Positions 10,813 through 23,958 of a stretch of DNA of 64,000 nt are shown piece by piece (position 1 is the stretch's first letter; each line of letters starts with the position of its first letter). The notes under the pieces are model-generated. The model was not told the DNA's origin. It saw only the letters and a program-made list of their open reading frames with translations, and did no database searches. Source of the stretch: Basidiobolus meristosporus CBS 931.73 (taxonomy: Eukaryota > Fungi > Basidiobolomycota); the NCBI GenBank assembly GCA_002104905.1, contig MCFE01000265.1, positions 1-64,000 of the forward strand. Direction: 5' to 3'. A program made the translations under genes and the position numbers.

Positions 10813-13800
10813 TGATTCTAGCTTCACTGGAGACACTACTCAGTGTTCGTAATACCTGGAAAGGTCGAAGGTAAAGGTACTACTGGGTGGATATATTAAT
10901 CAGAAAAACAAAGAAAGAGTACGGAAACTACGACTACGACGAAGGGCAGAGAAACTTATAGCAGGCAGCGAGTCATCCCGCCGCCGCTTTTATACTGATT
11001 ATCCCAGGTATCTCAAGTGAGCCATAGGCACATGCGCACCAATAAAAAGCCATCCTCCTTATTTTAGGGATCATAATCAAGGCATGTATAAAATCCAGAA
11101 CTCCAAAACAGGCACCAAGCCAACTCAAATAAGGTACTTTTCTAACGATTTTTACAAAAGCGGTCTTAGTGCAAGTGCACCGAGTGAAAATACTACATTT
11201 ATGGATCAAAGTGAAATACACAGGACATTTTGTTACACGCGGTAGTGTGAGGTTGATTGGAATCTGGCAGAGGAGAGGGTGGATCAAAGCAAATCAATTG
11301 GAACAATTACTTGGTAATAACGTCATTGGTATTAGTGACAATTAAAACAGACCTCACCCGCCTCGGTTGTACATGCACCATTTTATTGTTCATCTAAGCA
11401 GTATTTCGTAACCTTGATAGCTAAACGGATGTAGGAGGGGGCCTATTGTACCAGCAACAATGAAATATCCCATGCAGCAAATAACACGCGGGTGCTCTAG
11501 CAACCTTCTGGAGCAATGCTCTTGCTATCACGAAAATTCTCCAGCCAAAACTGCGCTATGCAAATCCAGTCTACATGCACACCCACGTCAGTATGACCGC
11601 ACAGAGGCATTCAACAGCCCTAAACCTACCACTGTATACAAATAAGATTCATCCAGAAACCCCCAATTTATGTCACCGAAGCTACGGTGTTGAAGCTCTT
11701 GTATGTTGAGAAGCAACACGGCTGACCGGAACACTATTAATAGTAAGCGGGCGTTGAAGGTGAAACATCATTTGCATAGCTATTATTAACTGCCCACCCC
11801 AACGTGGCTGTTCACCTAGAACATCGGATTGTTTTGACATGGACAATACGGCATATAGGACCACTAACCGCACCCTTCAGGCTCACCACGAATCCATGAA
11901 ATTTGTAAATTGCCCCTGGATGAAACTATTTCCAACCTCTTGAAACTTCCCATTTTCCTGCATCGAATCTACGATGGATTCTCGATTTGGGTATATTATT
12001 ACTAGCATTCTAAAATCCCATGATTTCGGCAAAATTCATTTCTCCCCTTGATTCCGAGGTGGCCATTCGCTCCAAACTATCCGTCCTCGCTGCCTCGCAA
12101 GCGATTCGTCCGAAATCATCTAATTTCGAATGGAGCCCTCCGCATCAGTCCTTTCTAAAACCAGACAGAATCTACTATTTCCATACATGTTTTGCAAACA
12201 TTGCTTTAGGGATACATGCGAAGCCAGTCAAATCTAGACTGGTAATATTTACGTCATGTCGCTCTCTCGATTGGACAGGGTTAGATCATTTATGCTCCAT
12301 CTTCATTGCGCCCACTGATTCGCCCTGCACCAATCAATGCTTACCTATCAGTATTAGTTCCGCCTCCCCAAAAGTAAGCGCTCTATTTACTCGCTAATAA
12401 TTCCCGAGCAGAATGATACCTCCGAGCACGGGTGATCCTTGCCAGCAATGTGATCGACATGTTTCAGCAACGGTTGATGTAGTCAGTGATATGTGCTTGG
12501 AGGGTGAAGAAGGGTGACAGGTGACGGGCGATGGGCGACGGGAGTTCTTTGGATTCATCAGCTGATCTGTATTCATCAACCATTTAATGTGATACAGCCA
12601 AACAGCATCTTTGTTTGTTCCCTTGTAAGCTTTAGTCAAGCCATTCTCGCTCATGCCTAGCCTCTGATTTAGGAAGATCTCGCCCTCTCCAAAGCTTATA
12701 CCGTCCATCGGAGTGTCACCTCTTCGCATCATCGGGATACCACATTGCTTCATGGATCAGCTGTAAAGCAGACTCGATGGATGTCCACCTTCAATGCGTG
12801 CCTACCTAAAATGACAACATGCGGCGTTTAAGGGACTTGAATCAGATAAACCGCTTGAACAACCCAATCTCCCTTGGCTGGTGAGCATGTGAGCCTCAAT
12901 TTTAAGCAGGGAATCTAGCTCCAGGTTGGACCGAGTTTATCTCACATAATTCTCAAGTGGATTGATCCGCGATTAATATCGTGTAAGTGTCAGAATAGTC
13001 ATGCGAATCCCATTTGCCACGATCTATCCCCATCTCAGTGATCCATGGTTGCTTAATCGCTAAAACTCTTCTTCCTTGGTTTCTCCCCCGGGGGAGCCTT
13101 GATAGCAAGGGTGTACGGCCATGCCCTGGCTATCCGAGATATACCAAATACCACGTACTGCATCCCCCAAGGGGATGGGCATTTATGCTCTAGATGTGAA
13201 AATTGGCCATCCTGCTTCCAATCATGCGTTAATGCCAGGTTGTGCATTCCGGTGGTGAAGATTACCTCACAAGTGCTCCCCTAATCTTCGATAAGGATTT
13301 TCCAAACGCCATCTTAGGTTAAGCTATGATGCAATCCGCATTTCGTCCAACTCGGGCGAAACCTGCTGTTCCATGGTAGGCGAGGGAAGCTGATCAAATA
13401 CGGATACGGTACCACGCTTCAGCGGTTAAACCTTCGGGGATGGGATATCATTCCCAAAACGCTCCCAATGGAAAATCTAACCCTATTCTAAAATCGACTC
13501 TTGCTGCATTAGGGTCAGCAACATCCACCACTCCTCCTGAGAAGGGGCCAGAGATCACTTGGCCTTAGGCACTACCCTAATTAAGTGGGAGATTAGCACT
13601 ATTCCAGGTGCAGTACTCTGTTCTGGGTTAAATTGGTGGGCTAATTTAGCTGAATACCTGCTTGGAGTAGCACCAATAATAACCTTCCACTACCCAGCAG
13701 GATAGTGGAGTCTTGACTAGTGTACATTACCTAGTTCGTGTCACACGAGAGATACTAGTTCAAATGAGCAACCAAGATGGACGATTTAGATGGTACACCA

Positions 13801-14672
13801 GACATGCAGAAAATCATCAAGTTGACAATTAGGTGTAACATTTGGGCCGCTCAAAAGTCTAGACCGCCCGTCGATTTCCATGGCCAATCCGTGGTATATG
13901 GCGAGGATTTAAGGTGGAGGATCAAATCCACATCCCAAATCCCTACAATTCCTAGCGTCGTGGGCCCATTCTACGAAATGGGATGATTTCTTGGTTGGCC
14001 ACCAACTGGATTCACGCATAGGTTGCTAGATATGCGATGTGCCCTATGCGCAGGATTACTCACGTACTGCCATTTCAACTGATCTCTTACTTTCCTGGGT
14101 AAAATCAAGCGTGTTAATGGCATTTATTATCCCCCTTTCCAATTGTGCGCTCCAGATTCCCATGTGAGGACATCGTCAGAGGCATCTTATTTCCCACTAT
14201 AGGTGGTTTCATGTTGCTCAATGCTAATGACATCATAGGTTGAATCCATCAAGCTCTCGCGATGTAACGTTAATGTCTATCGCAGCGGGCTGCATTCGAT
14301 GTTATTTGAACGTCCCTTAGAAATGTTGATTGGTGCGAAGCTTTAGAAATCTGGAAAAGACTGAATACTATATCCATGGGCATTTTGCCTGGAACGTCGG
14401 GCCCATTTCCCCCGAATATCAAGTGGTAGTAGACATCAATCCTACTGATCTGTTGAGCCTCAGCCTCAGCTAGATTATAAGTGCTAGATAATCTCCCGCC
14501 CATACATCATTGCCACCTTGCCTCGTGGACAAGGGACATCTGAACAGGTTTGATGCCATGCTCCAAGTCTAACAAATTTGCTACCCGTTTATTGAGTTCA
14601 AAGAATTAAATCAATTAGGTGGGGTGAGTGTATTGAAAAATCTAGATTAATATGGTCCTTCCATAAAATGAA

Positions 14673-17338
14673 TCAAGCCTTGGCTTCTTTGGATTCCGAC
14701 GCGAGCTTTCTAATATGTTCTCTGGCTTCTTCGAATCGTTGGTTTCTGGCCTTTTCCTCATTTCCCTCAATTGGGGTGTCTTGAGCTTCCGAGGTAACGT
14801 TTCTGACCTCTTCCTCGATTTCATTGATTGGGGTGTCTTGAGCTTCCAAGGCAACGTTGTTGACTTCCTCAATTTCATTGATTAGGATGTCTTGAGCTTC
14901 CGAGGTAACATTTCTGACCTCTTCCTCAATTTCATTGATTGAGATGTCTTGAGCTTCAGGGGCAACGTTTCTGACCTCCTCCTCAATTTCGTTGGTTGGG
15001 GTGACTTGAGCTTCCGAGGCAGCGTTTTTGACTTCTTCCTCAATTTCATTGATTGGGGTGACTTCCGAGGCAACGTTTTTGACTTCTTCCTCAATTTCAT
15101 TGATTGGGGTGACTTGAGCTTCCGAGGCAGCGTTTTTGACTTCTTCCTCAATTTCATTGATTGGGATGTCTTGAGCTTCCGGGGCAACGTTTCTGGCCTC
15201 CTCCTCAATTTCGTTGATTGGGGTGACTTCCGAGGCAGCGTTTTTGACTTCTTCCTCAATTTCATTGATTGGGGTGCCCTGAGCTTCCGAGACAACAGGC
15301 ACCTCTACTGATTTCGCATTGTCAAGGTGCATGGCGCTCTTGATGACCTCAATGACGGAGGAGCGTGCGTAGGCTGCGTTAAGGGTAGCGGAGGCGGCTG
15401 CACGTTGTGCAGTCTCAATGGCAGGTTGGGCTTCGGCTTGGGCACTGCTGTAGGCGCTCTGGATTTGTGAGATTATGCTATCACCCACTTCCTTAATCCC
15501 ATCAAGATAGCCACTCGAGGTATCCAACATGGTAGTGTGAAGCTTCTCCACCTCAGTCGAGCTAACGTCAGAGGCACTTTGAGCTGCGTCTTTGACGGAT
15601 TGAATAGGTTCACTAGCTTTCTCTTGAGTATGGGTAGGATGTGAGGCAGTCATCGAGGTCTCTGAGGCCTGAGGGACTACAGAAGCAACCTGCAAAGATA
15701 CAGACGCACTATCTTGGTTGGCGGTTGTCTGAACAGGCTGGATCACTTTACTAGAGGCATCATTTACAACTCTTTGCTGGGTAGTGGTAGCTTGGGTTGT
15801 ATCTACCGATGCAACAGATTCATGTGCATTTTCGACAGCTTCCTGGAAGTTAACTTGTTGGGAGGCCTTAGCGACAAGGGAGGCGACAGAGTCGTAGGCG
15901 TATTCTGCTGCTTTAGCCGCATACTTTTGGATGTTTTGGGTGGCATCTTCAGGCACGAGATCAGTGATTTTACCCACAACAGGTGCTACATAAGTTTGGT
16001 AATAGGGTACGATGTACATATCGACGTATGGTGAAACATATGTGTTGTAAGTCAGATCCACAGTGGGCTTCATGTGAATTTCATAAAGCTCGGCGATCTG
16101 GTTCTGAGCACGGATCATGGAGGGCACGACATTTTGGTGATAAATTATCTTGGTTTGTATCCATCCTTCTTGCATAGCGGGAACAACATGGGTGTGGTAC
16201 ATTTCACAGCACTTCTCCAATCCATCCTTTGTGAGTGGGATGATCTTATTGTTTAGGATTTCAATACTTTGGGCGTATCCTTGCTTCGTGAGTGGAACTA
16301 CGTGGGTCTTGTACATGGAAGCGCCTTCCTTCATCCCCTTCTTGGTAAGAGGAACCACGTATGTATGATATACTTCTGAACCCTTGACTAGTCCTTGTTT
16401 CGCCAAAGGCACGGCTTGTTGGTGGTAAACTTGAACAACTCCGTTCCAGGCGGTTTCGGCGTGTGGGTAGATGGCTTTGTGGGCAGGAGTGTAGTATTCA
16501 TTGACAAAGAAATTCCATTTCGGTTCGATGTGAATGCGATATTTGGTATCAAGATTTTGATAGATATGGCTAACATGAGGGTGAAGATGGATTTTGTATG
16601 AATGCAGAGCATGCTTTTGTAATCTATGGATGTGAGGTTTAGCATGAGTATGGTATACTTCAACGCTCTTGTCTAATGCAGTAAGTACGAAGGGCTCGCC
16701 ATAGTTGGCATACATCTCTCGTGTTTGCTGCACAATTGGCTCAGCGTATTCATTAGCTTTAGCGACATAAGGTGCCACCTTCTCTTGGTAAGACTCCACC
16801 ACATGGCTAACATAAGGTTCGGCGAACTCTTTATAGTTATCCATTACCGTCGGGTGGATGTTAGCATCGTAGTATTCGCATGCGGTACTAGCGATGGGCT
16901 TAACATGTGGATGAAGCGTATCATAGATATGGAGGGCCTGTTTGCAGAACGGCCCAGGTCTGGAGCGTTCTTCGGGACATACCGAAACGCCAGTATATAC
17001 AGCGTATACAAGTACACCATAGACAGCGGTTTTAACAACTGAAAGCCCACATCGTTTGGGCTGCTTGGACTAAAGACATGAATTAGGAAAACCACGCCAT
17101 AAACAGGGCAAGTGCTAACTGTACATACCGCTATTTTCGGTTGAGCCTCGGGAATTTTTTTCTCGGGAGCTTTTTCACGTGGAATAGGCTGAGAGGGAGC
17201 TGGGACGTCAGTAGATGAGCCGGATGAGTCGGCAGATTTATCTGCAGTAGGTAAAGAGAACTGATCAGTACGCTGGGTGTCCGAAGAAGAGGAAAGAAGC
17301 TCACTTTTCTTGGGGGTATTTCTATTTTTCTTGGCCAT
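14673..17338 (-). CDS. Single-pass membrane protein (~868 aa): amphipathic helical repeats plus acidic C-terminal tandem repeats; loosely She10-like
   Basis: Phase-0 intron 17070-17128 (GTATGT..CTAAT..TAG) fuses ORFs 16844-17338 and 14673-16844 in frame. Hydrophobic segment VVKTAVYGVLVYAVYTGVSVC is followed by Y/H/P-periodic helices. Confidence 0.8.
14740..15280 (-). repeat. Coding minisatellite: 9 full + 1 partial units of 51-57 nt encoding TPINEIEEEV(K/R)N(A/V)(A/T)SE(AQ)(D/V)
   Basis: Repeated ttcctcaatttcattgattggggtg on the + strand; units of 17-19 aa visible in the translation. Confidence 0.95.
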
Positions 17339-18373
17339 AGTTTTATTGAATGTGGATTCAAGAAGCTATTCCTATAGAGACCAAGACGAAAGTTAGCTGA
17401 GGTGTCAAGTAAAGAGTAAACCAAGAGGATGCCCGGTTACCTTTTGTTGAAACGGTTAGGCTGACGAGCGGGAGGAAAAAATGAACCAAAGATTACTACG
17501 GCGAAGAAATAATAAACAATGCGGTTATGAAGCTGGGCACTATTTGAGCCCGAGTATCAACATGAAATTGGGATTGATGTGACACATTACTCAGGGAATT
17601 AATTCTTATACTTGATCATTCAGCTTAAGTGGCCATTGATGATTTAACTTGTCGTTTAGTAGCGCATACATGAACAAAGCGACCTGCATACGTCATATTG
17701 TTGGCATTTAGGAAAAGGGTGACGTAACAGAATCCGAGCTCTTCGTTTAGCAAGTTGCGTATTTTTTTTCGAAAGTGACTTAAATAGTACAAAGATTGGA
17801 TAAAAATCAGGGAAGGTTTGGCGATGGAAGAGATATTTTCCTAGGAGCGGAATTACCGTTATTGGAGAGGTGTCAAACCCATTAGTTAGGCATTTCCCAA
17901 GAAGCTAGATCGAAGTGGAACCTCATCAGGGGAATTTGCCGAGAAATTAGCAGGAATTCTTGCACCATTGAGTGTTTATTGACCGAATAATCATCGGGCT
18001 GTGTCTGGAGCATGTAACGTGCCACTTCACATCATCAATCCAAAAATGAAACGAACTTGATGAGAACATGTTTGTTTGAAAGCCACTAAGCAACTAATTC
18101 CAATAATTTAGGCCCACAAGAATCTGGAGTAACCGATAAGAACTCCCTAATAATTAACCAGCAGTGCAAACTCAGCCTTGCATAGTTTTTGGTTCAATAA
18201 GGGTGATTGGTTTGGACCGAAATGGATTTTGAAACCAATTTGAGACAGCTGTTACGAGGGAACTGCAGGCCGTATAAATAGGAGGCAAGGTGCGGGGAGA
18301 ACGAGCAATTTCCTTAGACTTCGGTAATTCATTTCATAACCACTTTCTCCATCCCTGTACTTACCCGTTAGAA

Positions 18374-18625
18374 ATGCTTGTTGTCCAATCACTTCCAATT
18401 GCACCATCGATGCCCTTGACTTCCTCCCACAGCAACTGTTCCGAATTCCGAGCGGTTGCTCTGTCTCCACTGACAACACCATATTCTACTGGGCTATCTT
18501 CCAAAAGCGAGATGTCGGATGCGCTCCCTCTGGATAGGGAGATTCCTAGCTACGTCTTACGAAGAAGAAATGCCGTTGTGGAGGCAACATATGGGGAGCC
18601 ATTTGTTTCCCGTCCTGCGAACTGA
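18374..18625 (+). CDS. Small Ser/Pro-rich hypothetical protein (83 aa) with an RRRNAV motif
   Basis: TATAAATA near 18274; ATG at 18374; open to TGA at 18625. No domain recognised. Confidence 0.45.
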   Translation: MLVVQSLPIAPSMPLTSSHSNCSEFRAVALSPLTTPYSTGLSSKSEMSDALPLDREIPSYVLRRRNAVVEATYGEPFVSRPAN

Positions 18626-19439
18626 TTAACCCTGCACATTAACGCCCAATCAGAAACCCATTTAGACGAACATATATACAACCAATCTAAAGCATACATT
18701 ATACGTCGTCCAGACTGTTAGGTCTCTACCTGAAAGCCGTGGAGTTTGTTCATTTTCAATATCCTTAACCGTCCCGAAAGCTCCCTTTGATAGGAAAATC
18801 ATTTTATGTTAATGACATCGACTGGCACTGAATCATGCATGGTGAACCATATATATTCTAGACTCTTTACTATCCCATCATGTTCATTTTGGAAATAAAT
18901 CCATCCAGAGCCCCTATTTTACCAAGCATGATTGCCTGTACTCATTCATTTCTTCGCCGGTGGCTGAAACTTGTGCGATGCCCAGGCCTTACTGTGCCTC
19001 ATTTACAAATTTCCCAGCATACTAATCATTGAGGTGTTCGTCTCCCCTAAGTGTGCATCTTATATATACATCATCAATACTCTAGTAAGTATTATATAAG
19101 TTGTTGATGTTGCAGCTCCTCCTTTCCTTCAACCAAATTCGAGTAACATCTGTATGAGGAATGGTGTCATATATAGTTGGGTGCAGTGCGGGTAAATGTG
19201 CTTAACCAAGTGTTGGTTCCTCTCGAATATGATTTCACCCAGCACAGATGGTAAGTTTAGGCTTCTCCAAATGCATGTATGAAATACTATTTTGGAAGGA
19301 TGTGGCAGTTGTCACGGAAAGCCTGAAAGGCTTGTAGTTTTGTATCATTCCATGATATAGGATCCTGTAAAATCTAGTGAGGTTATATCTACGCATTGAA
19401 TAGATTTGATATCTAATAATATCATTATGAGAATTCGAA

Positions 19440-19830
19440 TCTCCATAGTGTTGAGTTTTTCCTAGCTAGCTTCACCTAGAAACCAATGTGATATACGAAT
19501 CATTGTCTATAAGATTATTTGTTGCAAGATTCTAGGAAGTATTAGAAGTAATTTGGGGAACCAGAGTAAGAATTGCATGATATTCACTTGTTGTATTGAG
19601 CCCAAATACGGTATTTATACTTTGAAAAATACTCCATTAAACTAATGTCAAGGAAGTAGTGTAAAAAGTTTGGGATCTCTTGGACAAGGTTGAGAACTTT
19701 GTTAGCTTACAAGCCTTCAGTTTGATAGTATTTTATGAGCTAAATACCCAGGAAACAACTCATAATCAACAATAAATACTAAGATATATAGAGAATTTAG
19801 GTGCCAACTAAATAATTGCAAGTTGGCTTG
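19440..19830. mobile_element. Degenerate copia-family LTR fragments (same family as 19978-20636)
   Basis: TGTTGCAAGATTCTAGGAAGTATTAGAAG at 19520 and GGTATTTATACTTT match the LTR consensus; preceded by a fragment in the opposite orientation. Confidence 0.55.
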
Positions 19831-19977
19831 TGTAAGAGAAATACTCAATTCAGAGAGCCATGATATGTAAGTCACCTCCTACATGTCAAAACACGACTCT
19901 AAAAGTTGTCAACACAATTGTTTGTTTGCCAGTCTCATTTTGGTTTTATTTCTTTGATTCAGGATTATACTTGCTAC

Positions 19978-20636
19978 TGTTGTAAGAGTTTTGAAGATAT
20001 TGGCAGTGACTGGGTGAGCGAGTAGATTATGTGATTTTCATTGATGATTTATAGTATTGTAAGAAATCGTAATTGCACCTAAATATTCACTCAACTTAAT
20101 CATTTAGATCATTACCTACAAATCTTAGAATATTTTCACCAAACCATCAGGTACCCAGAACATAAAATTTCAATAAGTGGTCTAAGCAGCCCCAAACTTT
20201 GCACACATGTTCATGGAATCTTTTTAAACCTATCCCAAATGTTTTTCTTTGCCAAGAATAAGTAAGAGTATAAATATCCATTTTGCATTCAATAAATCAT
20301 TAAGTGAAAACCACACAATCTACTTGTTCTCCCAATCGCTTCCAATATCTCCAAAACTCTTACAACATATAGAATGTAGAAGTGGTATTTATACTTTTAC
20401 ATATTCTTGGCAAAAAAACACTTGGGATAGGTTTAAAAAGGTCTCAAGAGCATGTTAGCAAAAATTTGGGGACCTTGAGACAACTTCTTTACTATTCATG
20501 TACTGGGTATCTGATATAATGGTAAGATATTCCAAGCAAATCCCAAGGGATTTGGTCAAATATTCTGAGATTTGTGGACTATGATCTAAGTAACTAAGTT
20601 GATGGAGTATTTAGGTGTAATTACGAAACTACAACA
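19978..20636. mobile_element. Solo copia LTR (~341 bp) interrupted by a second LTR
   Basis: Ends TGTTGTA...TACAACA; 5-bp TSD GCTAC at 19973-19977 and 20637-20641. Confidence 0.85.
20055..20367. mobile_element. Solo copia LTR (313 bp) nested in opposite orientation
   Basis: Ends TATTGTA...TACAACA; 5-bp TSD TATAG at 20050-20054 and 20368-20372. Confidence 0.85.
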
Positions 20637-21126
20637 GCTACAACCCCTTTGACACTCACCTACCCATTCAAATTCTTTCAGATATTGACCAAATAGTGTA
20701 AAGTAAAGGATTTATATAATATTTGAGGCCATTTGAATAACTGAATAACTACATATAAGATTTTGCAAATGATGTTGGACAGTAAAGGTATCTAACAATG
20801 CTGGACTGGGAGTAAACTGGATAACAGCATATTTGATAATCTGTAAGGCCATTCCAACTAACCTTGATATTGGAAGATATATATAGTTAAAAACGTTTGT
20901 AGATGCTGCATCGACCATTCTGTTGCATTAGCCTGGGACTCGGAAGTGAATTTAATATATGGTAAGTTGCTCCTGATCCTGTGAATAATCCTTGATTGGG
21001 TAAACATTCGTTTATTTACCAGCTCATGATATTATTGTTTCGGCAAAGATATATATATATATATGAATGAGTATATCAAGAAAATAATAATGAATTAAAC
21101 TAGGTAGGATATGCCGGGTTCCACTT

Positions 21127-23958
21127 TCAGTGACCAGAATGTTGTTTTGGTGGTTCATGAGACACTGGTTGATATTGATGCTGGTATGAAACACGTGCCA
21201 TTTCGACCATAAGATCTTCCAGTCTACGACTCTTTTCCGATTTCATCGACTTGCCATGTGCTAGACGATCGAATGCTACCGAGTTTGATAGGATCATATA
21301 GACAAGGGCCATGACAATGAATACTCCGAACGAGTACAGCCAAATTCGCAACACGGCTACAATACTGGTATTGACTCCAGTAAACCATCCGAATAGGGCG
21401 AAGAGGGAAGCTAAGATATCGACAGCAAACACAGCACCTGCCAACTGCCACGAAGGCCAACTCTCAAAAAAGGATGTGTTCAGACGAGTAATGAAGATCA
21501 GCCAGTTCTCAGTCAATGCTACTTCGAGGAACAAAACCTCTTGAGCCCCACCGAAATTCTGAATGACTCCATTCCCAGGAACCATGGTGGTAGTGAAGAT
21601 GATCCATGTACCGATGGTTAGGATGATTCCCATCACTAAGGAGAGTCCCCACAGCTTGGGCAAGTTCCATTTCACTGGGGTGGCAGAGTATGGTGCATTA
21701 TCGTAGGCAACCATAAGAGTGGCCACATCAGCAAAGATAGCAAGAAATACAACAAGTTGTGCATTGATGGTCTGATCAAGAATGACCATAGAGGTGGTCA
21801 AGAACATCTCCAAGTGAAGGGATAGAGCAATACGATACACGATGTAGGCGTACATACGATGGAAAATCTGACGAGAAGTCTTGATAGCATCGATGATCAC
21901 TCCCAGTCCGGGGGCCAAGAACACAATATCGGCAGCACTACGAGCAGCATCACTAGCTCCTTCCACGGCAATTCCGGTGTCAGCCTTCTTGAGGGATGGT
22001 GCATCGTTCACACCATCACCGGTCATGGCAACAAGGTAGCCACGCTTCTGGAGAATGTCAACAGCATGATACTTGTGCTCGGGGAACACCTCAGCAAATC
22101 CATCAGCTGCCTCAACAAAGTCATACAATTCCGCTCCAGTCATGTCTCCTTTACTGGATGCCCCACCGCCGCCCATACCAAGCTGATCAGCATTGTAGAT
22201 ATTGGTGCCCATTCGGAGTTGTCTGGCCGTTTCCTTGGCAATACCAACAGCATCGCCGGTAAGCATCTTCACTTTGAGTCCGAGTTCTTGGGCGGTAGCA
22301 ATGGTCTTGGCGGTATCATACCGTGGGGGATCGAACAACGGCAGGATACCAAGGATTTGCCACCCATTAGCTGGGGTGTACCAAGCAATACCCAAACTTC
22401 TGAAGCCACGATCGGCAAACTCCGCAACCACTTCATCATACTTGTAGGCCACATCTGGATTGATGGAGCCTTCTCTCTCCACCATGCGAAGCACAAATGG
22501 TGGGGCTCCCTTGACTGCAACACACTCGTTGCCTTCAGGGTCAATCACTTTGGCAATCACCATCTTCGACACTGGATCGAACGGCTGGAACTCTTTCATG
22601 CGATACTCTCTCATCTTTCTCTTTGCATTCGGGTACTTTCCCAAGGCTTTGATCACGGCTTTGTCGATGGCATCCATACCCTTCTTCTTTCGCGAGGCGG
22701 CCAAGGCAGAGACAAACATCAGCATCTCATCGTCCACCCCTTCAACGCAGTATGGATCGTGAAGGGTGAGCTTGTTCTGAGTAAGGGTGCCAGTCTTGTC
22801 CGAACACAGGATCTCCACACCAGCAAGTGACTCAATGGCGGTCAGCTTCTGCACAATGGCCTTCTTCTTGGCCAAGAATGCCGCACCGACCGCCATTGTG
22901 GTTGTGACCACAGCAGGGAGACCAACTGGAACACCAATTACGGTGATGATGAGTGTATACTCCAGCAGCCTGACAATGCCAAGCGAGCGATAGAAGCCAG
23001 CAATCCAAATGATCAACAGCCACAAGATCACTAGAATTAACAGGACCGTACCAATGTTGTTGATGACTTCGGTGAAATGCCCAGTCCCACTGGACTTTCC
23101 TGCAAGTGTGGCTGCTCTCCCGACAAACGTTCTTTCGCCGGTGGCTGTGACAATTGCATAACAGCTGCCTCGCTTGATAGCCGAGCTACTGAACAACTCA
23201 TCGCCTGGGCCTTTGGACGCTGCCAGCGACTCACCGGTCAGAGCTGACTGGTCCACCTGTAGCCGGGAATCTTCACCGAGAATCCGAGCATCAGCCGGAA
23301 CAATTGCACCGTCCTCGACCAAGATGATGTCCCCTGGCACCAGCGAGTTGGCCTCCACTTCTCCTTGTCTGCCATCTCTTACAGCAGTAGCCGAAAGCGC
23401 CAGCGTTTGCTTTAGTTGATCGATGATGTTTCCAGCTTGGTACTCTTGCAAGAAGCCGACGACTGCGTTCAAAACCAGCAATGCAATGATCACACCAAAA
23501 TCGACCCAGTCTCGAAGCCCGCCAGCCAGGCACACTGCAGCCCACATCACATACTGGATCGGACCGCAGAAGAACTTCAGGAATTTGATGAAACTGTTCT
23601 CAGTCTCCATGGAGAGCTGATTGAGGCCATACTTCTTTCGCCGGATTTCCACTTCAGCAGAAGTCAAGCCTATGTTTGGATCAGTTTGGAGCAGTTCTTC
23701 TGGTATTGGCTTCTCTCTAATCTCCCCTTCTTCATCTTCTTCATCCTCCAGGTGATCTTCTTCGTCACTCCAATCATAATCGCTCATGATAGATATGGCA
23801 GCCGCCGACTGTTGGGTATCCTTCTTGGATAGTGGGGTAGGAACGAAGTTGGCGTCAGCACTCAACAGCCGATCTCTAGCCGGGGTCGGCTGTGTCGCGT
23901 CAAATTGCACGGACGAGGGATTCATATTTTGTGGGTCGGGGTCGGGTTTCTCGGACAT
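21127..23958 (-). CDS. PMA1: Plasma-membrane H+-ATPase (P3A), array copy 1, group A, 943 aa
   Basis: [73 protein letters not shown] all intact; intronless. Confidence 0.97.
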   Translation of the reverse strand: MSEKPDPDPQNMNPSSVQFDATQPTPARDRLLSADANFVPTPLSKKDTQQSAAAISIMSDYDWSDEEDHLEDEEDEEGEIREKPIPEELLQTDPNIGLTSAEVEIRRKKYGLNQLSMETENSFIKFLKFFCGPIQYVMWAAVCLAGGLRDWVDFGVIIALLVLNAVVGFLQEYQAGNIIDQLKQTLALSATAVRDGRQGEVEANSLVPGDIILVEDGAIVPADARILGEDSRLQVDQSALTGESLAASKGPGDELFSSSAIKRGSCYAIVTATGERTFVGRAATLAGKSSGTGHFTEVINNIGTVLLILVILWLLIIWIAGFYRSLGIVRLLEYTLIITVIGVPVGLPAVVTTTMAVGAAFLAKKKAIVQKLTAIESLAGVEILCSDKTGTLTQNKLTLHDPYCVEGVDDEMLMFVSALAASRKKKGMDAIDKAVIKALGKYPNAKRKMREYRMKEFQPFDPVSKMVIAKVIDPEGNECVAVKGAPPFVLRMVEREGSINPDVAYKYDEVVAEFADRGFRSLGIAWYTPANGWQILGILPLFDPPRYDTAKTIATAQELGLKVKMLTGDAVGIAKETARQLRMGTNIYNADQLGMGGGGASSKGDMTGAELYDFVEAADGFAEVFPEHKYHAVDILQKRGYLVAMTGDGVNDAPSLKKADTGIAVEGASDAARSAADIVFLAPGLGVIIDAIKTSRQIFHRMYAYIVYRIALSLHLEMFLTTSMVILDQTINAQLVVFLAIFADVATLMVAYDNAPYSATPVKWNLPKLWGLSLVMGIILTIGTWIIFTTTMVPGNGVIQNFGGAQEVLFLEVALTENWLIFITRLNTSFFESWPSWQLAGAVFAVDILASLFALFGWFTGVNTSIVAVLRIWLYSFGVFIVMALVYMILSNSVAFDRLAHGKSMKSEKSRRLEDLMVEMARVSYQHQYQPVSHEPPKQHSGH

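Noticed and set aside
10956-10976. 6-codon uORF upstream of the Con7-like gene
   Set aside because: Its ATG is only ~12 nt from the TATA box, probably upstream of the transcription start.
12394-14503. Short ORFs 12394-12753, 13099-13284, 13777-13986, 14270-14503
   Set aside because: No recognisable motifs, splice partners or consistent promoter signals.
14740-15280. CRISPR-like repeat array
   Set aside because: Contiguous in-frame coding minisatellite with no unique spacers, in a eukaryotic gene.
16844-16846. TAATG stop-start overlap suggesting coupled translation of two ORFs
   Set aside because: Explained by the 17070-17128 intron, which fuses both into one CDS.
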